DNA of 64,000 nt from an uncultured Phycisphaerales bacterium (GCA_963758525.1 CAVWVQ010000003.1:704001-768000); one strand, 5' to 3'; numbered from the stretch's first letter, positions 39,986 to 50,759 are shown. Program-made: numbers and translations. Notes: generated by a model from the letters alone, not told the origin.

Positions 39986-40067
39986 CCTTGTCGTAAAATC
40001 ATCGGGCCGCGAAGGCGAACCGAGAACCGCAAGGACCCGCGTATCGCCCGGCCGGTCAGGGCCGAGA

Positions 40068-40406
40068 TCAGATCAGCCCCTCACAGGGGTCGCTTTCCCT
40101 TCCCTCCATCCGGTCTTGATGTTCCCATCGCGGCGTCGGGGGTTTCACACCCCGGGGCCAAGCAATTGGATTCCAGCAAAAGCGGTCGCGGAAGGCGTGG
40201 TACGCCGGAGAAATGGTTACGGGAAAGCGGTCAAAGATATCCTGCCAGTGAGCGAACAGTTCGAAGGTCGCTCGGTCCGGCATGATCCCAAAGTCCCAAG
40301 CCGTGCAAATGCGGTGGACGTAGTCTGCCTTGGCAAAGTCGCCGACCAACTCCCGACGCGGAGTGTCGAGGTCGGGATAAACGCTCTGGTCAATATGAAT
40401 TGTCAT
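40068..40406 (-). CDS. Hypothetical protein
   Basis: Protein-like composition; fills the gap between convergent neighbours. Confidence 0.6.
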   Translation of the reverse strand: MTIHIDQSVYPDLDTPRRELVGDFAKADYVHRICTAWDFGIMPDRATFELFAHWQDIFDRFPVTISPAYHAFRDRFCWNPIAWPRGVKPPTPRWEHQDRMEGRESDPCEGLI

Positions 40407-40443
40407 GGCTTGCCCGCAGATGTTACTCGAATCTGTATCGCCC

Positions 40444-40483
40444 AAAAAGAAACGGAAGCCGCTTCATCGCGGCTTCCGTTTCT
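40444..40483 (-). terminator. Intrinsic terminator after the sigma factor gene
   Basis: 15-bp stem AGAAACGGAAGCCGC/GCGGCTTCCGTTTCT with a T-run on the minus strand. Confidence 0.8.
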
Positions 40484-40506
40484 GTTGCCTTCGCGCCGAG
40501 AAAGAT

Positions 40507-41475
40507 TCATTCGACGGCTTCGTCGGGGGTGCGCGGCTTTGTCCGCAGGACACCGTCTTCGAGTACGCCGCGAATCTTTATCAGCGCCTTGTTCTGAATC
40601 TGGCGAACGCGCTCTTTGGTGACACCGATGATCTGGCCGACTTCTTCCAGCGTCAGCGGGCTGTCGTCCTGCTGCTGCCAGTTGAATCGGCGGCGAATCA
40701 CCGTTTCTTCCACCGTTGAAAGATCGGCCAGGTTGCGATCGACAATCGCCTTGAGCTCGTCGATGCAGTCTTCCTCGACTGCGCCGCGCCGGCGATCCTG
40801 CCAATCGCTCTTTTCCATGTCCGGCTCGAACTCAACCGGGAACCGCGTACGGTGCCGGGCGCTCTTGAGCGACGTTCGGCTGAACGCCTTGAGAATCGCA
40901 CGGCAGGCGTACGTCGAGAACTTGAACCCGCGATCGACATTGAACTTGTCCACGGCGCGGATCAGCGCCATGTTTCCTTCGCTGACGATCTCGGCAAAAT
41001 CCACGTCGCCCAGCCGGGTGCGCTTGGCCATCGCCAGCACCAGTGCGAGGTTGGTTCGCACGAGGTATTCGCGGAAGTGCTCAAACCGGCGATGCCACTC
41101 GGCAACCTGATCCGCTCGTTCGCGGGTCAGTCCGTCCTTGGCGATCAACTTCTGCAGCCGGCTCAAACGCAGCTTGCAGTAGTTGAACCGGAGGAACATC
41201 AGCCGTTCCTCCTGGCCCTTCATCAGTTGGGGCGCGCCGGCGATGGAGACATCCACCGCCTCGTCGCGCGTCGGCTGATACCAGCTTGTCATTGGAAGCT
41301 GTGGCTCTACTTCGAAGTCAAACAGCTCTTTTTCGATGCGTTTGCGCCGAAAAATGGGGCTGTCCATAAATGCGAAGTTCTGCAGCAGCAGCTCTTCCAC
41401 TTTGCGACGCAGAACCCGTGGGATCGGCGTTGCGCTCCCGGGATTCACTTTTCGGGCTTCTAATACAGTGGCCAT
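40507..41475 (-). CDS. Sigma-70 family RNA polymerase sigma factor (alternative)
   Basis: Region 2 NLALVLAMAKR..EGNMALIRAVDKF..GFKFSTYA; region 4 TLEEVGQIIGVTKERVRQIQ. Confidence 0.93.
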   Translation of the reverse strand: MATVLEARKVNPGSATPIPRVLRRKVEELLLQNFAFMDSPIFRRKRIEKELFDFEVEPQLPMTSWYQPTRDEAVDVSIAGAPQLMKGQEERLMFLRFNYCKLRLSRLQKLIAKDGLTRERADQVAEWHRRFEHFREYLVRTNLALVLAMAKRTRLGDVDFAEIVSEGNMALIRAVDKFNVDRGFKFSTYACRAILKAFSRTSLKSARHRTRFPVEFEPDMEKSDWQDRRRGAVEEDCIDELKAIVDRNLADLSTVEETVIRRRFNWQQQDDSPLTLEEVGQIIGVTKERVRQIQNKALIKIRGVLEDGVLRTKPRTPDEAVE

Positions 41476-41756
41476 AACCGGCCTCACTTTCCAGCTACCC
41501 CTTAACAACAACCGTTCATCGGCGGGATTTATTCTACCCGCCCCCGATTCCTGCCGCAGTGCCGGAAATTTCTCCGGCGCGCCGCACCGCCGCATAATTT
41601 TTTATGCGCTCGGGGCTTAAATGTTGCATCGTGGCTCATATCTGATCCATTACAATCGCTTTCGAGCCCCATAACATCGCGGGACCGGGGTTCCACTCCG
41701 CATAACAATAATGATACCATTGCGATAACCGTCCCAATTCGGGCTGCGGAACGATC

Positions 41757-42359
41757 ATGCGTAAACTCTGCCTTGGCGGATCATTTAACCCCATTCACCA
41801 CGGGCACTTGCTGTGCGGAATGGCTGCCGTCGAGAAGCTCGGGTTCGACACCTTGGTACTCATCCCCAGCGCCGTCCCCCCCCTCAAGTCTTCAACTGCC
41901 GATATGGCACGCGCGACGGACCGGTTTGGCATGTGTCAACTGGCAACGGAGGGCGTCGCATCGATCGAAACCAATGGCATCGAGCTGCAGCGGGATACTC
42001 CCAGCTTCACCATCGACACGGTCCGCAGCCTCAAATCAGCCGGATGGGGAAAAGTAAGCTGGCTGATCGGGACCGATGTCCTTGCGACCCTCCCCCACTG
42101 GCATAACCTGCCCGCGCTGCTGCTGGAGGTGGATTTTGTCGTCATGTGCCGGCCCGGTTGGACCACCGACTGGCAAACGCTCCCTGCCGAACTGCGCCAT
42201 CTGCAGCGATCGGTGGTGACAGTCCCCCAGATTCAGATCAGCGCCACCGAGATCCGCCGGCGCGTCCGGGCTGGACTCTCCATCGACTATATGACACCGC
42301 CGGCCGTCGCCGCGTTTATCCAGGAGCGCGGCCTCTATCGCGAAGAGAATCCCCAGTGA
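41757..42359 (+). CDS. nadD: Nicotinate-nucleotide adenylyltransferase
   Basis: GGSFNPIHHGH, SFTIDT, ISATEIR. Confidence 0.93.
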   Translation: MRKLCLGGSFNPIHHGHLLCGMAAVEKLGFDTLVLIPSAVPPLKSSTADMARATDRFGMCQLATEGVASIETNGIELQRDTPSFTIDTVRSLKSAGWGKVSWLIGTDVLATLPHWHNLPALLLEVDFVVMCRPGWTTDWQTLPAELRHLQRSVVTVPQIQISATEIRRRVRAGLSIDYMTPPAVAAFIQERGLYREENPQ

Positions 42360-43701
42360 TCAATTTCTATGACTTCGCGTACGCAACCGGACTGATGCTA
42401 TCGTCGCCCTATTGGATGATCGTGCCCAAGGCGCACCGCAAAGTGCTCGGTGCCCTGCGGACACGCATGGGGGATTCTGAAGGCACGGCGCAAACTTCAG
42501 AACCGCCCTGCGCCTCGATCATGATTCACGCGGTCAGCGTCGGAGAGCTGAACGCCACCCCCGCGCTGATCGGCGCGCTGGGTGCCGCGCGGCCCCAACT
42601 GCATTTTGTCATCAGTACAACAACCCACACCGGCGCCCAGCGCGGCGAGGAGCTCTTCGCCCACGACCCGCGCGTGACGCTCATCCGCTTCCCCCTGGAT
42701 TTCAGCTCGGCTGTGCGGCGCGTGCTGAACACGCATCGTCCTTCGGTGGTGGTGTTGATGGAACTGGAAGTCTGGCCTAACTTCATCGCTCAGTGCCGGC
42801 AGCGTGACATCCCCGTGCTGGTCATCAACGGCCGACTCACCACCAGCAGCTTTCGCGGCTACCGGCGGCTCCGCCTGCTCACGCGCGGCATGTTTCAATC
42901 GCTCGCGCACGTCTCGCGCAGGACCAGACCTACGCAAAACGTTTCATCGAAGTCGGCACGCCGCCCGATCGTGTCTCGGTCACCGGAACGATGAAGTTCG
43001 ACACGGCGCAGACAGCCCAGCGCGTCGAAGGAGATGAAGCGTTGGCCCTGGCGGTGGGACTTTCGCCAGGCAGGGAGCTGATCTGGGTCTGCGGGTCCAC
43101 CGGTCCCGGCGAGGAGGAGATCGTGCTCGAAGCCTATCGCGCTCTGCGCACCATGCATCCAGGCTTGCGCCTTGCGATCATCCCGCGCAAGCCGGAGCGA
43201 TTTGACCAGGTCGCGGCGCTGATCGCTGCCGCCGGCTTTCCGCTCGTTCGCCGCTCCCAGCCCGCGGCGGCAGCATCAGCGGACGCCGTGGTTCTCGGAG
43301 ACACCATGGGCGAACTGCGGAAGTTTTACAGCTTCGCGGATGTGGTGTTCGTCGGACGATCGCTCGTCGACCTGGGCCCGCGCCAGCACGGCAGCGATAT
43401 GATCGAGCCGGCGGCGCTGGGAAAGCCGGTGGTCGTGGGGCCGTTCACGCACAATTTCGCGGACGCGATGCATCAGTTTCGTGCGGGCGATGCGATGGTG
43501 GTCATTGAGGATCCCTCATCTCTGACTCGGGCGATCGCCGCGCTGCTCGAAAACGCCTCCCGACGATTCGAAATCGGCCACCGCGCCCGCGAAGTAGTCC
43601 ATCGCAACCAAGGCGCCACCGCACGGCACCTTGAGATCATTCTGCAACAACTCGATCGGCCGCGCCCGCGAGCCGCTCAATTCCTGACCCCTGAACACTG
43701 A
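42356..43701 (+). CDS. waaA: 3-deoxy-D-manno-octulosonic acid (Kdo) transferase, frameshifted near 42915
   Basis: HAVSVGE, ELEVWPN, INGRL, then KFD, GSTGPGEE, PRKPERF, DTMGEL, EPAALGKP. GTG overlaps the nadD stop. Confidence 0.9.
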
Positions 43702-43737
43702 CACCCTGAACACTGACACCCTGAACCCTGACACCCC
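43684..43737. repeat. CTGA(A)CAC/CTGAACC heptamer-type array overlapping the waaA stop
   Basis: Same unit family as 28844 and 38590. Confidence 0.8.
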
Positions 43738-43826
43738 TCTCGTCAGCATGCAGTGCGTGAGACGCTGCAGGCTTCGTCTGGCGTCACCCCCTTGCGTTCC
43801 GAGGTTCCGCGAACCCCGCGAAGAGG

Positions 43827-43916
43827 GAACACGAATCTGCACGAATGGGGCACGAATCCGCACGAATAAACGCGGAGAAAAATCGTCTTCGTGAAGATTC
43901 GTGCCAATTCGTGTTC
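43827..43916. repeat. Mirror-arranged CACGAAT repeat element
   Basis: 4x CACGAAT followed by 3x (A)TTCGTG. Confidence 0.75.
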
Positions 43917-44048
43917 TGCATTTCTCGGTCACTCCGGACCGCGCGGGATTGCGGGCAACGGCAAGTCGTGCGGTATACGAGCGAAAGCATCAGCAGTGGC
44001 GCATAATAGGCTTACGGTCGCGCACGACACACCACAACGGAGCTCACG

Positions 44049-44843
44049 ATGGTTATCAAGGACTCTGAATTTGTCGAACTCACCACGCCCTACGGCCCCA
44101 TGCGAACCCACGTCTTTCGCCCCGCCGCTCCCGGAAAGTATCCGGGCGTCGTGCTCTTCTCTGAAATCTTCCAGGTCACCGGCCCCATCCGCCGAACCGC
44201 GGCGATGTTTGCCGGGCATGGCTTTGTGGTCGCGGCCCCGGAAGTTTTTCATGAGCTGGAAGCCGCGCCCGGCTGCGTGCTCGCCTACGACCAGACCGGC
44301 GCCGACCGCGGCAACGCGCACAAGACCGCCAAGGAACTCGCCAGCTACGATGCCGATGCCCGCGCGGTGCTCGACTATCTCAAGAGCCATCCCGCCTGCA
44401 CCGGAAAGCTCGGCTCGGTCGGAATCTGCATCGGCGGCCATCTCTCCTTCCGCTGCGCAATGAACCCCGACGTCTCGGCCGCAGTCTGCTTCTACCCCAC
44501 CGACATCCACAAGCGCGGTCTCGGCAAAGGCATGCACGACGATTCCCTCGATCGCATCAAGGAAATCAAAGGCGAGCTCCTGATGATCTTCGGCCGCCAA
44601 GACCCGCATGTCCCCCGCGAAGGCCGGGCAATCATCTATAACGCGCTCGCCGACGCCGGCTCCAACTTCACCTGGCACGAATTCAACGGCCAACACGCCT
44701 TCCTCCGCGACGAAGGCCCGCGCTACGATCCCGCGCTGGCGATGACCTGCTATTCGATGGCAATCCAGTTGCTCCACCGCAAGCTTGGCGAAGGGGATTT
44801 GCCGGTTGTCGCGGAACCCGGAAAAGCCGAGTCGCGGCATTGA
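44049..44843 (+). CDS. Dienelactone hydrolase family protein
   Basis: EIFQV, GICIGG nucleophile motif, HAFLRDEG. Confidence 0.93.
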   Translation: MVIKDSEFVELTTPYGPMRTHVFRPAAPGKYPGVVLFSEIFQVTGPIRRTAAMFAGHGFVVAAPEVFHELEAAPGCVLAYDQTGADRGNAHKTAKELASYDADARAVLDYLKSHPACTGKLGSVGICIGGHLSFRCAMNPDVSAAVCFYPTDIHKRGLGKGMHDDSLDRIKEIKGELLMIFGRQDPHVPREGRAIIYNALADAGSNFTWHEFNGQHAFLRDEGPRYDPALAMTCYSMAIQLLHRKLGEGDLPVVAEPGKAESRH

Positions 44844-44922
44844 AGCGAACCTCTCTTCGACGTCCCACGTGGCAGCGCGAAGCGATTTCAGAACGAGCGG
44901 ACGCTCTGTCAATCAAAACTGT

Positions 44923-47910
44923 TCACTTGCCGTTCCCTTTGTGATCGTTGAGCAGCTCGCGGAGAAGTTTGTTCTGGGCCTCCAGATCCTGATTCTTCCG
45001 CTCCAAGTCGGCTATCTGCCGCTGCAGCGCCTGAACCTGGTCATTGGAAACCGCTCCGGTTCGAGCGGCCATCGCACGCTGCTGCTCTTCCTGGAGACGG
45101 ATGATCCGTTGCCGTTCTGCATCCGCAGTTGCATCGCGTGCAGCGATCGCCGCAGTCACGCTGTCGCGCGGGACGACCAGGAATGCCGCAACCTCCAAAG
45201 CCGCCGCCTGCTGCTCGCCATCCCTCACCGCAACGCCGATCGGAACCGCCACCGGTATCCCATCGACATCCCTCCCAATCAGTTTCGCCAGTCGCGCCGA
45301 CTGCGCCCTGGCGTATGTCTCCACCGCATCGCGCGCCGATGGCGATGCAGACGGGCCGGTGGTCGCAAAGCCCATCTGCCGTTGCGGCGACTGGTTGAGG
45401 ATGGCCTGAATCGCCTGGTCGCGGAGCGAAGCGCCCGAAATAGTGACGGATCCTTTGTTGCCATCGATCGTGATTCCAGGACATTCCGCCGCCAATGCAT
45501 ATTGCAGCGGCGCGACACCTCCGTGCGCGGCGAAAGCGATCGTGGCCGACTCCGTGATTTTGACAACGGGAATCTCCTGCGGCGGCAACAGTTGCAGCGG
45601 TGCGGGAAACTTTGTCGCGGCGGTGTCACGCGTGGCAACCGCGTACATCCGCTCGTGCACCACCGCCACAATCTTTCCCGCAACGGCATAGATACTCCCG
45701 GCGGGGCCCCGGCTCGAGTAGCCTCGCTCGCCTTGCGCCCGCGGCTCATCTGAAAGCACGATCGGGTCCCCCGCGGTCGCACTCACCACGTCGAACAGTT
45801 TGATCTCCCACTTCTCGCGATTCGTATCTGATTGTTGCTGATTCTCATTCGCTCGCTCGAGCGTGGCGACGGCCGGATAGTCTGGCAGGATGACCGAACT
45901 CTGGCCGGTCAACGTCCCCACCATCTGTCCGCTAAGCCGCACGAGTTGCGTCCCGTTCAGCATGATGTTCCAGTCCGAAATCGGCGCGCGGCCGGAAGGG
46001 TCAAAACCCCGTCCGGGCGATCCGGCGCCGGGAATGGACGCGAATCCATCCGCACGCAGGACCTGCGTCACATGACTCATCTCGCTGTCATACAGCGCTC
46101 CCTGGTAGTACCACCCATTTCCAATGTGGACGGGAAGGGGCTGCTGGCTTCCAAAATATGGCTGATTTGAAACCTCCACCGGCGCGTCGGGGGCCAGGGC
46201 TTTGGCCGAGTAGGAACTCACCGGACCTCCTTGAGTCGATGCGTAGACGCTGCTTCCCGCGACAGCCAGCGCCAAGACGCGTCCGCGCGTAAAGACACGC
46301 TTTACGTCGCTCAGATCGTGCGTCGAGAGCATGAAGATTGCATCGGAATCCTGCGCCGCCGTGTAGACACCGTACGGGCCCAGCGCGACGGACCGCACAT
46401 TGACCGGCAACGACCGAGTGGCGACCACTTTCATCTGCTCAAGGTCAATCAGTGCCAGGCGCGTCCCGGGCACCGGCTGTCCATTCATGTTTTCCGGAGC
46501 GGCAATCGGCGCCAGAATGACGGCGGATTTGCCATCCGCACAAACCGCTGTCTCGCTCATGTCGAACGGCAGCGGCACCGATTCCCGGCAAACGTTCAGG
46601 TCTATCTCCTGCGTCCGCGTGAGCTCCGCGGCAGACACATTCACCTTGACACTGACGGGGCCGATCGCCTCCGGCGGCGGCGTCCACGCCAGGCGATTAT
46701 TCTCAAGCCGCATGCCCGGAGGCGCATCATGCAACGAGAGTTTGGCTCCGGAGCCTGCGGTGGTCAGTTGCAGAGCGGCTGGTCTTCCCGCGATCAGCGT
46801 CGTATCGCCGGCAACCGAGAAAAACAGTGAGGGTTCGGATCCGATCTTCAAGGCCGCCAGGGGAATGATCGCCGTGTGCCCGGCGCGATACGCCAGAATC
46901 ACCGAGTGTTTCTGGTCGTAGGCAAGCAGGTATTGGCCGGCCATCCCGGCGGCGCCTGATCTTCGCGAACGGGCCGACCGCGGCGGCAAAGCCGCCCGCG
47001 GCGCCCGCGCGGAACCCGCGCCCGCGGTCAACGGAACGCTCCCCAGCTCGCGCATGGTGTTGGTGGACACCGCCGTCAGTTGATCCCCATCCACCGTCAG
47101 GAGCACCGGGTGGTCGGGCAGAAAGAATGCCGGCGCACCCGACAGCTCGGCGATCGATCGGGAAAAATCCGGCGACAGCAATGCCCGGCCTCGGGACACA
47201 AGCTGATTGGCCGGGTCGGTGACAAACAGCGGCGTGCTCTCATGCTGGTAGAGCAGTTGTCGCGCCTGCAGCGGTTGGCCTGCGACGCTCGCCTCCATGC
47301 GAAATACAAACACGCCCGATGGACTGGTATGCAGCCGCCGGCCGTAGATCATCGTGCCGTCAGCCGAAACCGCGATGTCATCGGCATCGCTCCCTCGAAT
47401 GGTGATCGGCCCCTCGTCCTTCAGTGCGGCAGCATCGATTCTCCCAATCGTCGGACCAGACCGTCCGGCCGACTCCATCACGTAATAGCACCACGGTACC
47501 GTCGGATCAGCCGCTGCCGCCAGGCAGGTCAACGCCGATGGCATCTGCAGCTTCGTGCGCACCTTCAACGAGTCATCATCCAGAACATAGATGCTCTGGT
47601 CGCCAGCGCATGCGACAATGAAAACGCCGCTCGCGCCCAGTTGCTTATGAACGAGTGCGACCGGACTGTTGCCTATCGTCTGCTGAACCGTCGCCGTTGC
47701 GTCCCCCTCTGCAAGCTTTGCGTAGCCGCTCACCTGGCTGGAACCCGGGTCGATGGCTGCCACCATCCCCGTGCCCGGCGATGCCGCCAGCGCCGATAGC
47801 GTCGGCGAAAGATCCACGGCGCCAATTTCAGGCGCGTCGGCGGCGAATGCGCAGACGCCCAGCGTTGCGATCAGCAATAAACCAAATCCTGCACGAGATA
47901 TCCGGTCCAT
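44923..47910 (-). CDS. Secreted multidomain protein (beta-propeller-like, Ig-like repeats, C-terminal coiled coil)
   Basis: Signal peptide; APPGMRLENNRLAWTP and GGVAPLQY..GITID Ig-like motifs; heptad-rich C-terminus. Confidence 0.65.
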   Translation of the reverse strand: MDRISRAGFGLLLIATLGVCAFAADAPEIGAVDLSPTLSALAASPGTGMVAAIDPGSSQVSGYAKLAEGDATATVQQTIGNSPVALVHKQLGASGVFIVACAGDQSIYVLDDDSLKVRTKLQMPSALTCLAAAADPTVPWCYYVMESAGRSGPTIGRIDAAALKDEGPITIRGSDADDIAVSADGTMIYGRRLHTSPSGVFVFRMEASVAGQPLQARQLLYQHESTPLFVTDPANQLVSRGRALLSPDFSRSIAELSGAPAFFLPDHPVLLTVDGDQLTAVSTNTMRELGSVPLTAGAGSARAPRAALPPRSARSRRSGAAGMAGQYLLAYDQKHSVILAYRAGHTAIIPLAALKIGSEPSLFFSVAGDTTLIAGRPAALQLTTAGSGAKLSLHDAPPGMRLENNRLAWTPPPEAIGPVSVKVNVSAAELTRTQEIDLNVCRESVPLPFDMSETAVCADGKSAVILAPIAAPENMNGQPVPGTRLALIDLEQMKVVATRSLPVNVRSVALGPYGVYTAAQDSDAIFMLSTHDLSDVKRVFTRGRVLALAVAGSSVYASTQGGPVSSYSAKALAPDAPVEVSNQPYFGSQQPLPVHIGNGWYYQGALYDSEMSHVTQVLRADGFASIPGAGSPGRGFDPSGRAPISDWNIMLNGTQLVRLSGQMVGTLTGQSSVILPDYPAVATLERANENQQQSDTNREKWEIKLFDVVSATAGDPIVLSDEPRAQGERGYSSRGPAGSIYAVAGKIVAVVHERMYAVATRDTAATKFPAPLQLLPPQEIPVVKITESATIAFAAHGGVAPLQYALAAECPGITIDGNKGSVTISGASLRDQAIQAILNQSPQRQMGFATTGPSASPSARDAVETYARAQSARLAKLIGRDVDGIPVAVPIGVAVRDGEQQAAALEVAAFLVVPRDSVTAAIAARDATADAERQRIIRLQEEQQRAMAARTGAVSNDQVQALQRQIADLERKNQDLEAQNKLLRELLNDHKGNGK

Positions 47911-48081
47911 CGTATTGCTTCTCCGATTCAAGGGATTGCGACATACTACTCTCGTCGCCGACGTGTCAAGCTCAGCAAGCGCCTACGGTACTGCGTCCCC
48001 CACGGCGACGCGTCTCCAGTCATATTAGTAGCGGCCCCCACGGAGATGACCGGCCCAAATCCTCCCGAATTCGAGCGCCAG

Positions 48082-48146
48082 CCCCCCGTAGCACGGCCGT
48101 CCCGGCTGTGATCTGAGGCCACAGCCGAGACGGCTGTGGTACGGGG
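48082..48146. repeat. GTAG-type REP doublet, second copy
   Basis: Matches the reverse complement of 28961-29019. Confidence 0.85.
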
Positions 48147-48224
48147 ATGCTTGATCAGGTCATCCTGCGCGGCCGCTCAAGAACCGCCGGCGTGACACAA
48201 CAATTATGGCGCTTCTCGCTTTTA

Positions 48225-48264
48225 CCCCCTCTCCCGGTACACCGGGAGAGGGCCGGGGTGAGGG
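48225..48264. repeat. REP-like hairpin CCCTCTCCCGGTACACCGGGAGAGGGCCGGGGTGAGGG
   Basis: Same family as the hairpins at 5325-5775. Confidence 0.75.
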
Positions 48265-48370
48265 TGATTTTGGAGCGTCGGACACCGTCCGCGCTCGAAA
48301 CCTCCCCTTCCGGGATTCTTCATGACACCCCGTAGCCCGCGGAGAATGAATGCGTGCATCGACGCCGCGA

Positions 48371-48780
48371 TCAAGTCTTCCTGCGATGCTGTACTGATGC
48401 CCGCACCAATTTCTTCAACGTCGGCAAATCGACGTCCGAGAGCCGTTTGATGTAAAGGCAGCACTTGCCGGTGGAATATCGACCCAGCTTCGCCAGCAAT
48501 TGATCGTATTGTTTGAAACCGTCCATGATGTAGAGCGTGATATTCTGTTTGCGAGGGGCAAACGCGATCAAGGGCCAGTTGGATTCTCTGCCATCGGCAT
48601 AGAAAGTTCTGTGCTCGCCGAAACCAACGATACCCGCGCCCCACATCCGGGGCTGCACTTGCTGGCCGCCTTCATGATGTCGACGATCGTCGCGCAATCC
48701 GCACGAACTTGCGCACTTGCAATTGCTTCCAGAAAGTCCGCTACCGAGGCGTCGGTTACCTTGGTTTTAGGTTCAGACAT
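48371..48780 (-). CDS. DUF1801 domain protein, frameshifted near 48640-48660
   Basis: MSEPKTKVTDASVADFL, MWGAGIVGFG, FAPRKQNITLY, GKCCLYIKRLSDVD. Confidence 0.85.
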
Positions 48781-48840
48781 GCAACGCCCGCAGGCTGTTC
48801 GGAGAGCCGGCGTCTATGATCGCTCTGTCCGAACGTTGAA

Positions 48841-49478
48841 TCACCACGGCTTCACCCCCATCAATCGTTGTTCCTTGCCGATGTCCATCATGAACTGGGT
48901 GAGTTGCGCCTGGGCGTGCGGCGGCTGGCGCGTGATGAAATCAGCCAGGCTTCTTTTAAACGCGTCGGCGGAGGGTATGCCGAATTTCTTCGCCGCGCCG
49001 CCGCCACCGCCGCCCGCCTTTTGCATCATGACCAGGCCGAACAGATATGTGGTGCGCCGCGTGGCGTTCTGTTCATAGAACTTGGTGAGAAACAGTTGCA
49101 TGAACGCGCTGCCGATCTGGTCGCGTTCGTCCCTGTCCAGCTTGTTGACATTGTCGGCCGCCGCCTTGCGCGGGGTCTTTCTGCATGCTGGTCGCAACGA
49201 GATCGGCAAACGATCTGTCCTTCAGCTTTGCGACGATTCCCAGGGCAAAGCGCGTCCGGTCGCGATGGGTCATGCGGTTAAAGTCATTGCTGCCCATGAA
49301 CGCCGTGCAATCTGCGAGCGGCGCCTCTGCAAGATTCGGCGCCTTGGGATAATGAATCAACCACCACGCGAGCCACGCTCCCGCGAACAGGACGACCACC
49401 AGCAACACACGGCGAGTGACGATGAAAAGCGTTGATCGCCCGGCGCTGCGAAACGGTTGGCGAGCTGTACCGGGTCAC
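48841..49478 (-). CDS. Hypothetical single-TM protein coupled to the prepilin gene; two apparent frameshifts
   Basis: GTG overlaps the prepilin TGA; pieces lie in three frames. Confidence 0.5.
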
Positions 49479-50010
49479 GGCGCCCCCGCCGGCTTCACGA
49501 AGTGATCTTCCACGTGCCCGTCGATGAACAGCCAGTTGAAGTCGGCGGCAGTGCCGTGAAAGTTGCCGGCATCCCACAGCGCCGGGATCTGGCTGGGATT
49601 GCCGAAGATCTGCCAGAAGAACGTCTGGGCCAGCGGAAGCTCCCCCAGTTCACTGTAGTAGAAGTAGCTCACCCCTTCGACAGGAAACACGACCTCGTCG
49701 GCGGGGCACCGAAATGCCTCATTGGAATTGCTCACGTATGGTCCCAGGCAGACCGGAATGGTTGGATAGCCGTTTGGATTGACCGAGGGCAGCGCGGCGC
49801 CTGCGGGTAATGCGTCTTATTTTGATTGAGGTACATCTGCACCGCGGCGCCGAGTTGTTCGAGCCGGGCCTTGCAGGCAACGCTGCGGGAAACGTTGCGT
49901 GCCCTGGCCAGCGTGGGCAGCAAAACAGAAATCAGCGCAGCGATGATGCCTATCACTACGAGCAGCTCGACCAGTGAAAACGCCACCCGGCGTCGAATGC
50001 GGTAATCCAT
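49475..50010 (-). CDS. Prepilin-type N-terminal cleavage/methylation protein with H-X9-DG-like C-terminus; frameshifted near 49790
   Basis: AFSLVELLVVIGIIAALISVLLPTLARAR, FRCPAD, FNWLFIDGHV. Confidence 0.88.
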
Positions 50011-50108
50011 GCGTAGATGTCTGCCGTGGAACAGCGGTTCAACAACGTAATACGCTTGAAAATCGCGTTTGGTGACAAGAATGCTGGAAAATTGATGGGC
50101 GCGGCGCG

Positions 50109-50438
50109 TCACCGGTAGCGGATGACCACACGCCCGGACGGCTGCCGCCGCCGTTCTTCCCAAAAGACAGCCGCCTTTGTCTTCGGATCGACGAAAATCA
50201 GGAACACCGATCTATCCACGCGAAGGCATGCGGAGATGAGTGGCTTGCCGCAGTACCGCCGTAGCGCCTGCTGACGCAGAGTTACCCGTCGGCTCCAACG
50301 CTTTCCGCGCTCCTGGGTATAATCCGTCAGCCACCTCCAATCGCCTCGTGTCGAACGGTGGATGCCGCACTCCAGCACTACTGCATTGGATGACGCAGCC
50401 AGGGCCGGGACGCCCTTGGCCTGCCTGACAATCTTCAT
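50109..50438 (-). CDS. Hypothetical protein
   Basis: ORF fills the gap; no motif recognised. Confidence 0.3.
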   Translation of the reverse strand: MKIVRQAKGVPALAASSNAVVLECGIHRSTRGDWRWLTDYTQERGKRWSRRVTLRQQALRRYCGKPLISACLRVDRSVFLIFVDPKTKAAVFWEERRRQPSGRVVIRYR

Positions 50439-50759
50439 TCGACTGACTTGCGTGCGCATCCGCAGGATTCCGAGCGACAAAGAAGACTTTCACGGACATC
50501 CGTGATTAAGGCACAGCGGGATCAGACGGCTCCCCCGCTTGCGAGCTGGGCTGCGTCTGCGGCCACTTGATCGTCATGGGACCCGGAATTGGCAATTCCG
50601 GCGCCTCGATCGGATTGATCACCGGCGGATGCGCGAGCGAGATCGACCACTGCGTCTGTGATCTCCGACGACGGCTGCACAAACTGAATCGTGTCGTTCT
50701 TTTCAAGAATGATCGCCAGCTTTCGCTCTCTCCTCCAACGCCCCTCACAGTTAGCCGCG

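Noticed and set aside
50506..50748. Possible small frameshifted Pro-rich gene
   Set aside because: No clear start or motif; insufficient support.
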